A stretch of DNA of 45,322 nt, taken from NCBI GenBank assembly GCA_041497895.1, contig JBGQHJ010000022.1:1-45322 (forward strand), read 5' to 3'. The DNA is from Candidatus Methylomirabilia bacterium (GTDB lineage: Bacteria; Methylomirabilota; Methylomirabilia; Rokubacteriales; CSP1-6). The notes beneath the pieces are model-generated. The model was not told the origin of the DNA, ran no database searches, and saw only the letters and a list, made by a program, of their open reading frames with translations. Below are positions 37,099-45,322 of this stretch, piece by piece. Within the stretch, counting starts at the first letter, position 1; each line of letters opens with the position of its first letter. Position numbers and translations under genes: made by a program.

Positions 37099-38486
37099 GA
37101 ATGGACGAGCTGGTCCACCACCTGGACGAGCTGCCCCACCGTGCGGCACTCCTTCACGATGTCACAGGACGGGGTGTAGAGCGGCATCACGCTGTCGCCG
37201 ATACCCCATCCCCACTGGCCTTCCGGGTTGAGCCAGATGATGCCCTTCACCCGCTCGCGGATCTGGCGGATGGCCCACGCCTGCGGGTCGTTGTAGTTGT
37301 TGCGGGCGTCGCCCAGGATCAGCACGGTGGTCTTGCGGTCGAGTGACTCGAGCTCGGTGCGCACGAAGCGGCTGAAGGCGTAGCCGAAGTCGGAGCGGCA
37401 GTGGTAGTCGACCGACGATGACTTGAGCGCCCAGTCGATCGCGGTGTCCACCGGATAGGTGCTGAAGGCCTGGGTGACCTCGGCGATCTCGGAGACGAAG
37501 ACGTAGGAGCGGACGCGGGAGAAGCACTCCTGCAGGCTCCACACCAGCTGGAGCATGAAGCGGGAAGCGTTGCGCACCGAGTCCGACACGTCGCAGAGCG
37601 TGACCAGCTTGGGCTTCTCCCGGTGGCGCCGACGGAAGCGGATCTCCATGGGCACGCCGCCGTACTGCAGGCTCTTGCGAATCGTCCGGCGCGAGTCCAG
37701 GCGTCCCTTCTCCTCCTGGCGCTGCCGGAGGGCGAGGGCGTCCTTGATCTTGCGGGCGAGCCGCGCGACCACCGCCTTCATCTGGGCCACCTCGTCCGCG
37801 GAGAGCGCGAAGAGCGGCTTGTCGGTGAGCACCTCGCGGGTGAGCTTCTCGCCCTGGCGATACGCGCGGCGCTCCAGCTCGCGCTCCACGTGCTGGCGGA
37901 TCATGCGGCGGAAGGCCTCGAGGCGCAGGTCGAGGTAGTTGCGGATGCGCGCGACCATCCCGGGGTCGAGCCCCTTCGACTCCAGGAGCTGCATGATCCG
38001 GTCGAGGTCGCGCTCGATCGCCTCCCAGTCGAACTTGTCGTAGATGCGGCGCGAGAAGTAGCCGACCTGGAGGAAGTACATCAGCCGCTCGAGGCCGGTA
38101 CCCTGGCCCTCCTGGCGGATGGCCATCTCCATGTCGCTGCCCTCGCCCTGCATCATGAGCTCGGTCAGCTCGTCGAGCTCCATGCCGGCCTCGGCGGTGA
38201 GCCGCTCGAGCATCTCCCGGATCTTGGGGTCCTCCGGGCCCAGGGCCTTCCTGAGCCCCTCGCCCAGGGCCTGCAGGTCGAGGAAGTAGAGGTCGAAGAT
38301 CCGGTTGAAGGTGGCGAGGTCGCGGGACTCCTTGACCAGGGTGGTGGCGAGCGCGCTCTTGAAGGTCTCGCGGTCCTCGAGCCCGATCTCGGTCGAGGCC
38401 GCGAGCGCGTCGAGGGCCTCGCTGGGCGAGATGCGCATCTCGGCGCGCCGCAGGTCGCCGATGAACTCGAGTATCCGCTGATCCAT
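37077..38486 (-). CDS. vWA-domain protein (CoxE-like)
   Basis: RRTIRKSLQYGG, MIDAS-like CDVSDS, SDFG, LGDARNNY, WLNPE..WG.GDS. Confidence 0.88.
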   Translation of the reverse strand: MDQRILEFIGDLRRAEMRISPSEALDALAASTEIGLEDRETFKSALATTLVKESRDLATFNRIFDLYFLDLQALGEGLRKALGPEDPKIREMLERLTAEAGMELDELTELMMQGEGSDMEMAIRQEGQGTGLERLMYFLQVGYFSRRIYDKFDWEAIERDLDRIMQLLESKGLDPGMVARIRNYLDLRLEAFRRMIRQHVERELERRAYRQGEKLTREVLTDKPLFALSADEVAQMKAVVARLARKIKDALALRQRQEEKGRLDSRRTIRKSLQYGGVPMEIRFRRRHREKPKLVTLCDVSDSVRNASRFMLQLVWSLQECFSRVRSYVFVSEIAEVTQAFSTYPVDTAIDWALKSSSVDYHCRSDFGYAFSRFVRTELESLDRKTTVLILGDARNNYNDPQAWAIRQIRERVKGIIWLNPEGQWGWGIGDSVMPLYTPSCDIVKECRTVGQLVQVVDQLVHSWWRRGR

Positions 38487-38497
38487 CTAGCCCACCC

Positions 38498-39052
38498 TCA
38501 CCTGGAGAAGTGGACCCAGGAGGACTTGAAGACGTCCTCGCCGCCGTCGCGGCTGATCGGGTAGAGGCGGCCGTCCTCCAGGCGGATGAGGCCGTGGAAG
38601 GAGCCGTGCGCGATCAGGTGGGTCATCTGGAGCTTCCAGCCCAGCGGGCCCGCCGGGGCGTCCTCGTCGCGCTCCACCGCGCGGGTGACGTCGGCCACGT
38701 CGCCCACCAGGTGCAGCACCCGCACCGGCCCCTCGCTGCAGCGCAGGCCGAGGACCACCTTGTACGAGAGCCCCTGGCGGAAGGTCTCCACCGTCATCTC
38801 CCCGGGGTGCAGCAGGTGCGGCACCGCCTCTGACATCGTCACGCGGTAGAAGTCGCGCGGCGACGGGTGGATGTAGTAGAAGTGCCAGCGCCCCGCCGCG
38901 GAGATCCAGAGCTTGGTGTACTCCCCCAGCGCGCCGGAGATGCAGCGCCCCCCTTCGATGAAGACGGGGCCGCCGGGGCCGAGCTCGGGCAGGCGGATGC
39001 GCGGGCTCGGGAACCACAGCTCGCGGAACTCGGTGAGACTGGACCAGCTCAT
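38498..39052 (-). CDS. Hypothetical protein (184 aa)
   Basis: Fills the gap between the MoxR and vWA genes with 6 and 11 nt spacers; protein-like composition; no family recognised. Confidence 0.7.
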   Translation of the reverse strand: MSWSSLTEFRELWFPSPRIRLPELGPGGPVFIEGGRCISGALGEYTKLWISAAGRWHFYYIHPSPRDFYRVTMSEAVPHLLHPGEMTVETFRQGLSYKVVLGLRCSEGPVRVLHLVGDVADVTRAVERDEDAPAGPLGWKLQMTHLIAHGSFHGLIRLEDGRLYPISRDGGEDVFKSSWVHFSR

Positions 39053-39058
39053 GGGCGA

Positions 39059-39973
39059 CTAGCCCAGGTCGGCCAGCACCTTGTCGAGGGCGCCCTTGAC
39101 CCGCTCGAGATCCTTCTCGTGCTTCACGAGGAGGGTGAGGGTGGACTCCACCAGGTCGCGGTCGAGGGTCTCCGCGTTGAGGATGACGAGCGAGCGCGCC
39201 CAGTCGAGGCTCTCGGAGATGGACGGCGCCTTGCGCAGCTCGAGCCCGCGGATGCGCTGCACCGCGGTCACCACGGCCTGGGCCAGGCGCTCGGAGACCT
39301 CGGGGACCTTCAGGCGGATGATCGCGAGCTCCTCGTCGGCGGGCGGGAAGTCGATGAAGAGGTGGAGACACCGGCGCTTGAGGCCGTCGGACAGCTCGCG
39401 CGCGTTGTTGGAAGTGAGCACCACCAGCGGGATCTGGGTGGCCCGGATCGTGCCGAGCTCCGGCACCGAGACCTGGAAATCGGACAGCACCTCCAGGAGG
39501 AACGCCTCGAACTCCGGCTCCGCCTTGTCGATCTCGTCGACCAACAGCACCACCGGATCCGCGGACTCGATCGCCTGCAGGAGCGGGCGCGGGGCCAGGA
39601 ATCGATGGGAGAAGAACGCGTCGTCCTGGCCGGAGATCCGCGCCACCGCGTCGGGCAGCGACGGGGCGTCCGCGATCAGCTCGCCGATGCGCTCGCGCAG
39701 CAGCTGGGTGTAGAGGAGCTGCTTGGCGTACTTCCACTCGTAGAGGGCCTTGCCCTCGTCGAGGCCCTCGTAGCACTGCAGGCGGATGAGATGCCGCGCC
39801 GTCACCTCGGCCAGCGTCTTGGCCAGCTCCGTCTTGCCCACCCCGGCCGGCCCCTCGATGAGCACCGGCCGGCCCATGCGCTCGGCGAGGAACACCACCG
39901 TGGAGATCCGGCGGTTGGCGATGTAGCGGGCGTTCTTGAACTGCTGCTGGACGTCCTCGACGGACTGAAACAT
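39059..39973 (-). CDS. MoxR-family AAA+ ATPase (CoxD-like)
   Basis: EGPAGVGKT, RLQCYEGLD, LLVDEIDK, QVSVPELG, TSN..RELSD.LKRRC; ATG 39973 with AGGGAG RBS. Confidence 0.92.
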   Translation of the reverse strand: MFQSVEDVQQQFKNARYIANRRISTVVFLAERMGRPVLIEGPAGVGKTELAKTLAEVTARHLIRLQCYEGLDEGKALYEWKYAKQLLYTQLLRERIGELIADAPSLPDAVARISGQDDAFFSHRFLAPRPLLQAIESADPVVLLVDEIDKAEPEFEAFLLEVLSDFQVSVPELGTIRATQIPLVVLTSNNARELSDGLKRRCLHLFIDFPPADEELAIIRLKVPEVSERLAQAVVTAVQRIRGLELRKAPSISESLDWARSLVILNAETLDRDLVESTLTLLVKHEKDLERVKGALDKVLADLG

Positions 39974-40062
39974 GGCGGCTCCCTGGTTGTGAATTGGCGC
40001 ACAGTGTAGCATAAACGAGCACCCGGGTTGGCCGGCCTCCCGAACGGTGGGACACTCGCCTC

Positions 40063-41187
40063 ATGGTCTCGAGTGAGGCGCCCGCGGACGCGCGGGCCCG
40101 CGCCTACCACCGTCGCCAGCTCGCGCTGGCGCTCGGCGAGCTGGTTTTCACCGGCGCGTACCTGGTCGTCCTCGTGGAGACGCGCGCGGCGGGGCGCCTG
40201 GCCGAGCGGGTCGCGGCCTGGACGCCCCGGTGGTGGCTCGCCCTCGCGGTGGTGGCGCTGGTGCTGTCCGGCGGCCACCGACTCCTGAGCCTGCCCCTGG
40301 CGTGGCTGAGCGGCTTCTGGCTCCCACGCCGCTACGGCCTCCTGCACCAATCGCTCGGGCGCTGGCTCTGGGACGCCGCGAAGGCGGCCCTGATCGGCGC
40401 CCCCCTGGGGCTGGCCGCGGTGGAGATCGTGTACGGCCTGATGCGGTGGAGCCCCTGGTGGTGGCTGTGGAGCGCGGGGATCTTCCTGGGCGGCTACGCG
40501 CTGCTGGCCCTGGTCGCCCCGGTCTGGCTCGTGCCGCTCTTCTACCGGCTGACCCCGCTGCCCGACGGGCCGCTCAAGAGTCGCCTGCTCGCGCTGGCGG
40601 CCCGGGTGGGCGTGCCGGTGACCGGCGTCTGGGTCGTGGACCAATCACGCAAGAGCCGCACCGCGAACGCCGCGGTGACCGGCCTCGGCCGGACCCGGCG
40701 CATCCTGCTGTTCGACACGCTGCTCGACACGTTCGCCGCCGACGAGGTCGAGGCGGTGCTCGCCCACGAGCTGGCGCATCAGCTCCACGGTGACATCCGC
40801 CGGGGCCTGCTCGTGCAGGGCGTCCTCACCCTCGCGACCTTCTGGATAGCGTCCGGCGCGCTGCGGGCGGGCGGCGCGTGGCTCCATCTGGACGGGCCGG
40901 CGGATGTCGCCGGGTTGCCGCTCTTCGGCCTCGTCGTGCTGGCGGTAGGGCTCGTGGCGCTGCCCGCGGCCAACGGCTGGTCGCGCCACGTCGAGCACGC
41001 CGCCGACCGGTTCGCGCTCGAGACGCTCCCCGGCCCGGAGCCCTTCATCGGCGCGATGGAGCGGCTCGCCTCGCTGAACCTGGCCGAGCGCGAGCCGCAC
41101 CCGGTCGAGGAATTCTTCTTCTACTCCCACCCGCCGATCGGCCGCCGGATCGCGTACGCGCGGCAATTTGACCGCGGTCTGACCTGA
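40063..41187 (+). CDS. M48 family metallopeptidase (Ste24-like)
   Basis: ANAAVTGLG, LFDTLL, HELAH, E..AD, SHPP; multiple TM helices. Confidence 0.92.
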   Translation: MVSSEAPADARARAYHRRQLALALGELVFTGAYLVVLVETRAAGRLAERVAAWTPRWWLALAVVALVLSGGHRLLSLPLAWLSGFWLPRRYGLLHQSLGRWLWDAAKAALIGAPLGLAAVEIVYGLMRWSPWWWLWSAGIFLGGYALLALVAPVWLVPLFYRLTPLPDGPLKSRLLALAARVGVPVTGVWVVDQSRKSRTANAAVTGLGRTRRILLFDTLLDTFAADEVEAVLAHELAHQLHGDIRRGLLVQGVLTLATFWIASGALRAGGAWLHLDGPADVAGLPLFGLVVLAVGLVALPAANGWSRHVEHAADRFALETLPGPEPFIGAMERLASLNLAEREPHPVEEFFFYSHPPIGRRIAYARQFDRGLT

Positions 41188-41280
41188 CAGAGTGTCGCGG
41201 CAGCACCGCTGCTCACCGCGCGCCTTCGGATCAACAAATGTAACTATTTAAAATACATGGTATTATTCAAGTGCGACCTG

Positions 41281-41296
41281 TGGCACCTCGCTTGCT
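41281..41296 (+). promoter_or_regulatory. Sigma54 (-24/-12) promoter of the GAF histidine kinase
   Basis: TGGCAC-CTCGC-TTGCT matches consensus; very AT-rich tract at 41231-41270 where an IHF/bending site is expected. Confidence 0.75.
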
Positions 41297-41330
41297 TGGT
41301 GGATGACGGGACATCCAACGCAGAGCAGCC

Positions 41331-42653
41331 ATGGGGAGCGAACACGATCTAATGGCGCGAATCAACAATCGAGGCATGAGCGGCACCACCTCGCTCATCC
41401 GCCATCTGCAGATTCTCCGCACCGTCACCGAAGCGGTCAGCCGGTCGCTCGACCTCAACGAGGTCATCCAGAAGTCGCTGAGCGCGCTCACCGACGTGAC
41501 CGGGCACGAGATCGCGAGCCTCCATCTCGTGTCGGTCGACGGCAAGACCCTGCTCCTCCGCGGCGAGCGCGGACTCTCCGATCGGCTGCGCGAGACCAAC
41601 CAGATGCTGCCGATGGGTCAGGGCCTAATCGGCCGCGTCGCCGCGTCGGGGCGGGTGCGCCGGGTGGATGAGGCCAGCCGCGCCCCCGATCTCCTGCCCG
41701 CCGCGCGCGCCGCGGTCTCCGCCGACGGCATCCGCGGCTTCGTCTGCGTGCCGATCCGGGCGCGCCACCGCATCCTGGGCACGCTGTCCCTGGGCCGGCA
41801 GACCGAGGAGCGGTTCTCCAACGAGGAGGTCGCGCTGCTCGAGTCCACCGCCGATCAGATCGGGCTGGCCCTCGACAACGCGCGGCTGTACTCGGAGACC
41901 CGCCTGCAGCTCGAGGACCTGCGCCGCTCGCACACCGACGTGATCCGGGCGGAGCGGCTCGCCGCGGTCGGAGAGCTCGCGGGCGGCGTCGCCCACGAGA
42001 TCAACAACCCGCTCATGATCATCCTGGGCCAGGTACACCTGCTCCTGCAGTCCCAGGATCACGAGGGGGTCCTCAACGGCCTCAAGGTCATCGACGGGGC
42101 CACCAAGCGCGCGGCCAACATCGTGCGCGAGCTCGTGCTCTTCGCGGAGCGCTCGCCCCTGCGACGCGCGCGCTGCAAGGTGAGCGATCAGATCTACAAG
42201 GTACTGTCGCTGCACCAGTCGCGCCTCGAGGGCGCCCGCATCACGGTCCAGACCGACTTCGGCGAGGTCCCGGAGATCTGGGCCGACAGCAACCAGCTCC
42301 AGGAGGCGCTCTTCCACCTGGTGCAGAACGCCGAGCAGGCCATGTCGGCGTCCCGCGGCGCGGGCACCCTCTCGATCCGGGTACGGCCGGCCGCCGACGG
42401 GGTGCGTATCGAGGTCGCCGACGACGGGCCCGGTGTCCCGCAGGACGACCTGGCCCGCGTCTTCAACCCCTTCTTCACCACGAAGGGGCCCGGCGAGGGC
42501 CGGGGCCTCGGCCTCTCGGTCGCGCACAGCGTGGTGGCCGAGCACGAGGGACGCCTCTGGGCGGAGAATCGGCCCGGCGGCGGCGCGATGTTCGTGATGG
42601 AGCTGCCGGTGGGCACCCCGGCCCCCGATTCCGCCCTCGCCCCGTCTCTCTGA
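41331..42653 (+). CDS. Cytoplasmic GAF-domain sensor histidine kinase (NtrB-like)
   Basis: GAF (GLIGRVA, CVPI, LALDNARLY), AHEINNPL, LVQNA, DDGPG, FFTTK, GRGLGL. Confidence 0.93.
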   Translation: MGSEHDLMARINNRGMSGTTSLIRHLQILRTVTEAVSRSLDLNEVIQKSLSALTDVTGHEIASLHLVSVDGKTLLLRGERGLSDRLRETNQMLPMGQGLIGRVAASGRVRRVDEASRAPDLLPAARAAVSADGIRGFVCVPIRARHRILGTLSLGRQTEERFSNEEVALLESTADQIGLALDNARLYSETRLQLEDLRRSHTDVIRAERLAAVGELAGGVAHEINNPLMIILGQVHLLLQSQDHEGVLNGLKVIDGATKRAANIVRELVLFAERSPLRRARCKVSDQIYKVLSLHQSRLEGARITVQTDFGEVPEIWADSNQLQEALFHLVQNAEQAMSASRGAGTLSIRVRPAADGVRIEVADDGPGVPQDDLARVFNPFFTTKGPGEGRGLGLSVAHSVVAEHEGRLWAENRPGGGAMFVMELPVGTPAPDSALAPSL

Positions 42654-42681
42654 TCCCCCGCCCGCTGCCTCACGCGTCGTC

Positions 42682-42894
42682 GTGTTACGCTGCTTTCTCG
42701 TGCGCTCCCTGTCCGCCGGCCGGGCCCTGATCGCCATCACCACTGCCCTCGTTCTGGCCGGCTGCGCCACCGTCACCGCCCCACGGCGCTCGTCGGAGTC
42801 GCCGAGCCTGCGGTGCGTGAACGAACCGGGCCGCGGGCAGTCGGCCGATTCGTCCCGCCCCCTCTTCTTCGTCTTCTGCGCCCAGTCCCCCTGA
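42682..42894 (+). CDS. Small putative lipoprotein
   Basis: Hydrophobic stretch ending in lipobox LAGC; two more Cys; start uncertain (GTG 42682 or 42700). Confidence 0.55.
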   Translation: MLRCFLVRSLSAGRALIAITTALVLAGCATVTAPRRSSESPSLRCVNEPGRGQSADSSRPLFFVFCAQSP

Positions 42895-42961
42895 GCCGGA
42901 GCCGGCCGTGATATCCTCACGCCGGCTCGGCCCCGAATCTGATTCCACCGCGGAGGCACCC

Positions 42962-44131
42962 ATGACCACCCTAAAGGATTCCATCACCCAGGCCGTCGAC
43001 CGGCTGGCCGACGAGCTCGAGGCTCTCTCCCGTCAGATCCACGACCATCCCGAGCTGGCGTACGAGGAGGTCCAGGCCTGCGCCTGGCTGAGCGACTTCC
43101 TGGCTCGCCAGGGCTTCAAGGTGGAGAAGGGCGTGGGAGGCGTGGAGACCGCGTTCCGGGGCACCATCGAGACCGGAGAGGGGCCCACCATCGCGATCCT
43201 GTGCGAGTACGACGCGCTGCCCGGCATCGGCCACGCGTGCGGGCACAACGTGATCGCGACCTCCGGCGTGGGCGCGGGCGCCGCGCTCGCCGCGGTCCGG
43301 GCCCAGCTCCCGAAGGGCCGGATCCAGGTCATCGGCACGCCCGCCGAGGAGGGCGGCGGCGGGAAGGTGAAGCTGATCAAGGGCGGGGTCTTCCGCGACG
43401 TGGACTGCGCCATGATGATCCACGGCTTCGACCGCACCCTCCTCCACCAGGACCTGCTCGGCATCGTGCGCGGCACCTTCGAGTTCAGCGGCAAGGCCTC
43501 CCACGCCTCCGCCGACCCGTGGGAAGGGGTGAACGCCCTCGACGCGGTCATCCAGATGTACAACGCGGTCAGCATGCTGCGACAGCAGGTGCGTCCCGAC
43601 TGCCGGATCCACGGCATCATCACCAACGGCGGTGCGGCGGCCAACATCATCCCGGAGTACGCGTCCGCGATCTTCTACGTGCGGGCGCCCCGCATCGACG
43701 CGATGTGGGATCTCTTCAAGCGGGTCACCGCCGCCGCGGAAGGCGCCGCGAAGGCGACCGGCTGCACCCTCAAGGTCACCCAGCACGACAGCGTCTACGA
43801 GCCGATGAAGTCGAGTCGCGTGATGCTCGACCTCTTCGCGGCCAACATGAAGATCGCGGGCCTCACCGAGGGTGCCCCCATCCCGGATCGCCTCGGCTCC
43901 TCCGACATCGGCAACGTGAGCCAGGTGATCCCGGCCATCCAGCCGATGGTGGCCATCGCGCCCACCGGCATGGCCATCCACACCCGCGACTTCGCGGACG
44001 CGGCGGTGAAGCCGCTCGCGCGCGCGGGCATGGTGGCGGCGGCCAAGACCATGGCCCTCACCACCTTCGATCTCCTCGCCGAGCCCGCCCGCGTGAAGGC
44101 GGCCAAGGACGAGTTCGGCCGGAGCAAGTAG
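42962..44131 (+). CDS. M20 family amidohydrolase (Acy1L2/AbgB-like), copy 1
   Basis: HPELAYEE, EYDALP, HACGHN, GTPAEE, MIHG, GSSDIGNVS; ATG 42962 with GGAGG. Confidence 0.92.
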   Translation: MTTLKDSITQAVDRLADELEALSRQIHDHPELAYEEVQACAWLSDFLARQGFKVEKGVGGVETAFRGTIETGEGPTIAILCEYDALPGIGHACGHNVIATSGVGAGAALAAVRAQLPKGRIQVIGTPAEEGGGGKVKLIKGGVFRDVDCAMMIHGFDRTLLHQDLLGIVRGTFEFSGKASHASADPWEGVNALDAVIQMYNAVSMLRQQVRPDCRIHGIITNGGAAANIIPEYASAIFYVRAPRIDAMWDLFKRVTAAAEGAAKATGCTLKVTQHDSVYEPMKSSRVMLDLFAANMKIAGLTEGAPIPDRLGSSDIGNVSQVIPAIQPMVAIAPTGMAIHTRDFADAAVKPLARAGMVAAAKTMALTTFDLLAEPARVKAAKDEFGRSK

Positions 44132-44135
44132 CGCG

Positions 44136-45322
44136 ATGGCCCCCGAGACGCCCCTCGACCAGGCCAAGACCCGCGTCGCCGAGACGGTGGACCGGCTCGC
44201 CGACGAGCTCGAGCGCATCAGCCACCAGATCCACGCCAACCCCGAGCTGTGCTTCGAGGAGCACAAGGCGGCGGGCTGGCTCACCGACTTCCTCGCCAAG
44301 CAGGGCGCCGCGGTCGAGCGCGGGGTGGGCGGGCTACCCACCGCGTTCCGGGCCACGATCGCGGGTGCGGGCCCCGGCCCCACCATCGCGATCATGGCGG
44401 AGTACGACGCGCTGCCGAACATCGGGCACGCGTGCGGGCACAACGTGATCGCGACCGCGGGCACCGGCGCGGGCGCGGCCATCGCGGCCGCGCTCCGGAC
44501 CCTGCCGTTCCCGGGCCGCATCCAGGTCATCGGCACGCCCGCCGAGGAGGGCGGCGCCGGCAAGGTGCGGCTGATGGAGGCAGGTGTCTTCAAGGACGTG
44601 GACGCGGCGATGATGATCCACGGCCGCTGCGGGACCCAGGTCTGGCGGCCGAGTCTCGGCATCATCAAGGTCAAGTGCGAGTTCTTCGGCCGCGCCTCGC
44701 ACGCCTCGTCGTGGCCGTGGCGCGGGGTCAACGCCCTCAACGCGATGATCCAGCTCTTCGTCTCGCTCGACGCCATGCGCCAGCAGCTCCGCCCCGACGC
44801 CCGCGTGCACGGCATCATCACCAAGGGTGGCGACCAGGCCAATATCATCCCGGAGCACACCACCGCCGAGTTCTACCTCCGGGCGCCCACCAAGGATTAC
44901 TGCCGCGAGCTGCTGCGGCGGTTCGAGGGCTGTGCGGCGGGCGCGGCCGCCGCCACCGGCTGCACCGCGAAGGTCACCGCGGACGCGATCATCCACGACC
45001 CGCTCAAGGCCAACTTCGCGATGGCCGAGCTCTTCGGCAAGAACCTCGCGCGGATCGGTTTCCCGGTGGATCCCGACGACGGCGAGGCCGGGTACGGGTC
45101 GACCGATTGCGGCAACGTGAGCCAGGCGATCCCGACGATTCACCCCTACATCCGGATCTCGCCGGACGGGGTGCCCGGCCACTCGCGCGAGTTCGCCGAG
45201 TGGGCCAAATCGCCGATCGCGCGCACCGGCATGGTGGCGGCCGCGAAGGCCCTGGCCATGACCGCGCTGGACCTGGTGGCGCGGCCGGAGGAGCTGGAGA
45301 GGGTGAAGCGGGAGTTCGCGCG
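44136..45322 (+). CDS. M20 family amidohydrolase, copy 2; stop lies beyond the window, absent from ORF track
   Basis: MAPETPLDQ...NPELCFEE, EYDALP, HACGHN, GTPAEE, MIHG, GSTDCGNVS; frame open to the window end. Confidence 0.92.
   Translation, partial: MAPETPLDQAKTRVAETVDRLADELERISHQIHANPELCFEEHKAAGWLTDFLAKQGAAVERGVGGLPTAFRATIAGAGPGPTIAIMAEYDALPNIGHACGHNVIATAGTGAGAAIAAALRTLPFPGRIQVIGTPAEEGGAGKVRLMEAGVFKDVDAAMMIHGRCGTQVWRPSLGIIKVKCEFFGRASHASSWPWRGVNALNAMIQLFVSLDAMRQQLRPDARVHGIITKGGDQANIIPEHTTAEFYLRAPTKDYCRELLRRFEGCAAGAAAATGCTAKVTADAIIHDPLKANFAMAELFGKNLARIGFPVDPDDGEAGYGSTDCGNVSQAIPTIHPYIRISPDGVPGHSREFAEWAKSPIARTGMVAAAKALAMTALDLVARPEELERVKREFA

Overview
GC-rich bacterial chromosomal window with about 43 protein-coding genes and one tRNA-Met(CAT). 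Gene content and style suggest an uncultured soil lineage such as Ca. Rokubacteria/Methylomirabilota, but this is inference only. I found no CRISPR array, integrase or IS. Housekeeping and accessory genes include tilS, a moaD-moaE fusion, an IscA-type carrier, htrA, uvrA, a PerR/Fur-rubrerythrin-FeS oxidoreductase-DUF3501 stress operon, a thiolase-like/DUF35 pair and tandem M20 peptidases. Four regions stand out. (1) A tightly coupled operon (CoA-transferase, crotonase, GT4 glycosyltransferase, two PTPS genes, folE, sepiapterin-reductase-like SDR) looks like a complete tetrahydrobiopterin-glycoside pathway, with a split PTPS in which one subunit lacks the catalytic Cys. (2) A UGA-recoded UGSC-type selenoprotein (U-G-S-C-T-T-C plus SECIS-like hairpin), missed by the ORF track, sits in a MoxR/vWA operon with an uncharacterised partner. 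(3) A decayed islet at the tRNA-Met 3' end carries a P3A-type H+-ATPase, PPK2 and a DUF1269-like gene, with gene remnants at both edges and an orphaned perfect 18-bp palindrome. (4) A 79-aa hyper-acidic protein lies behind three DnaA-box-like motifs. All family calls come from motif recognition by eye, not from database searches.
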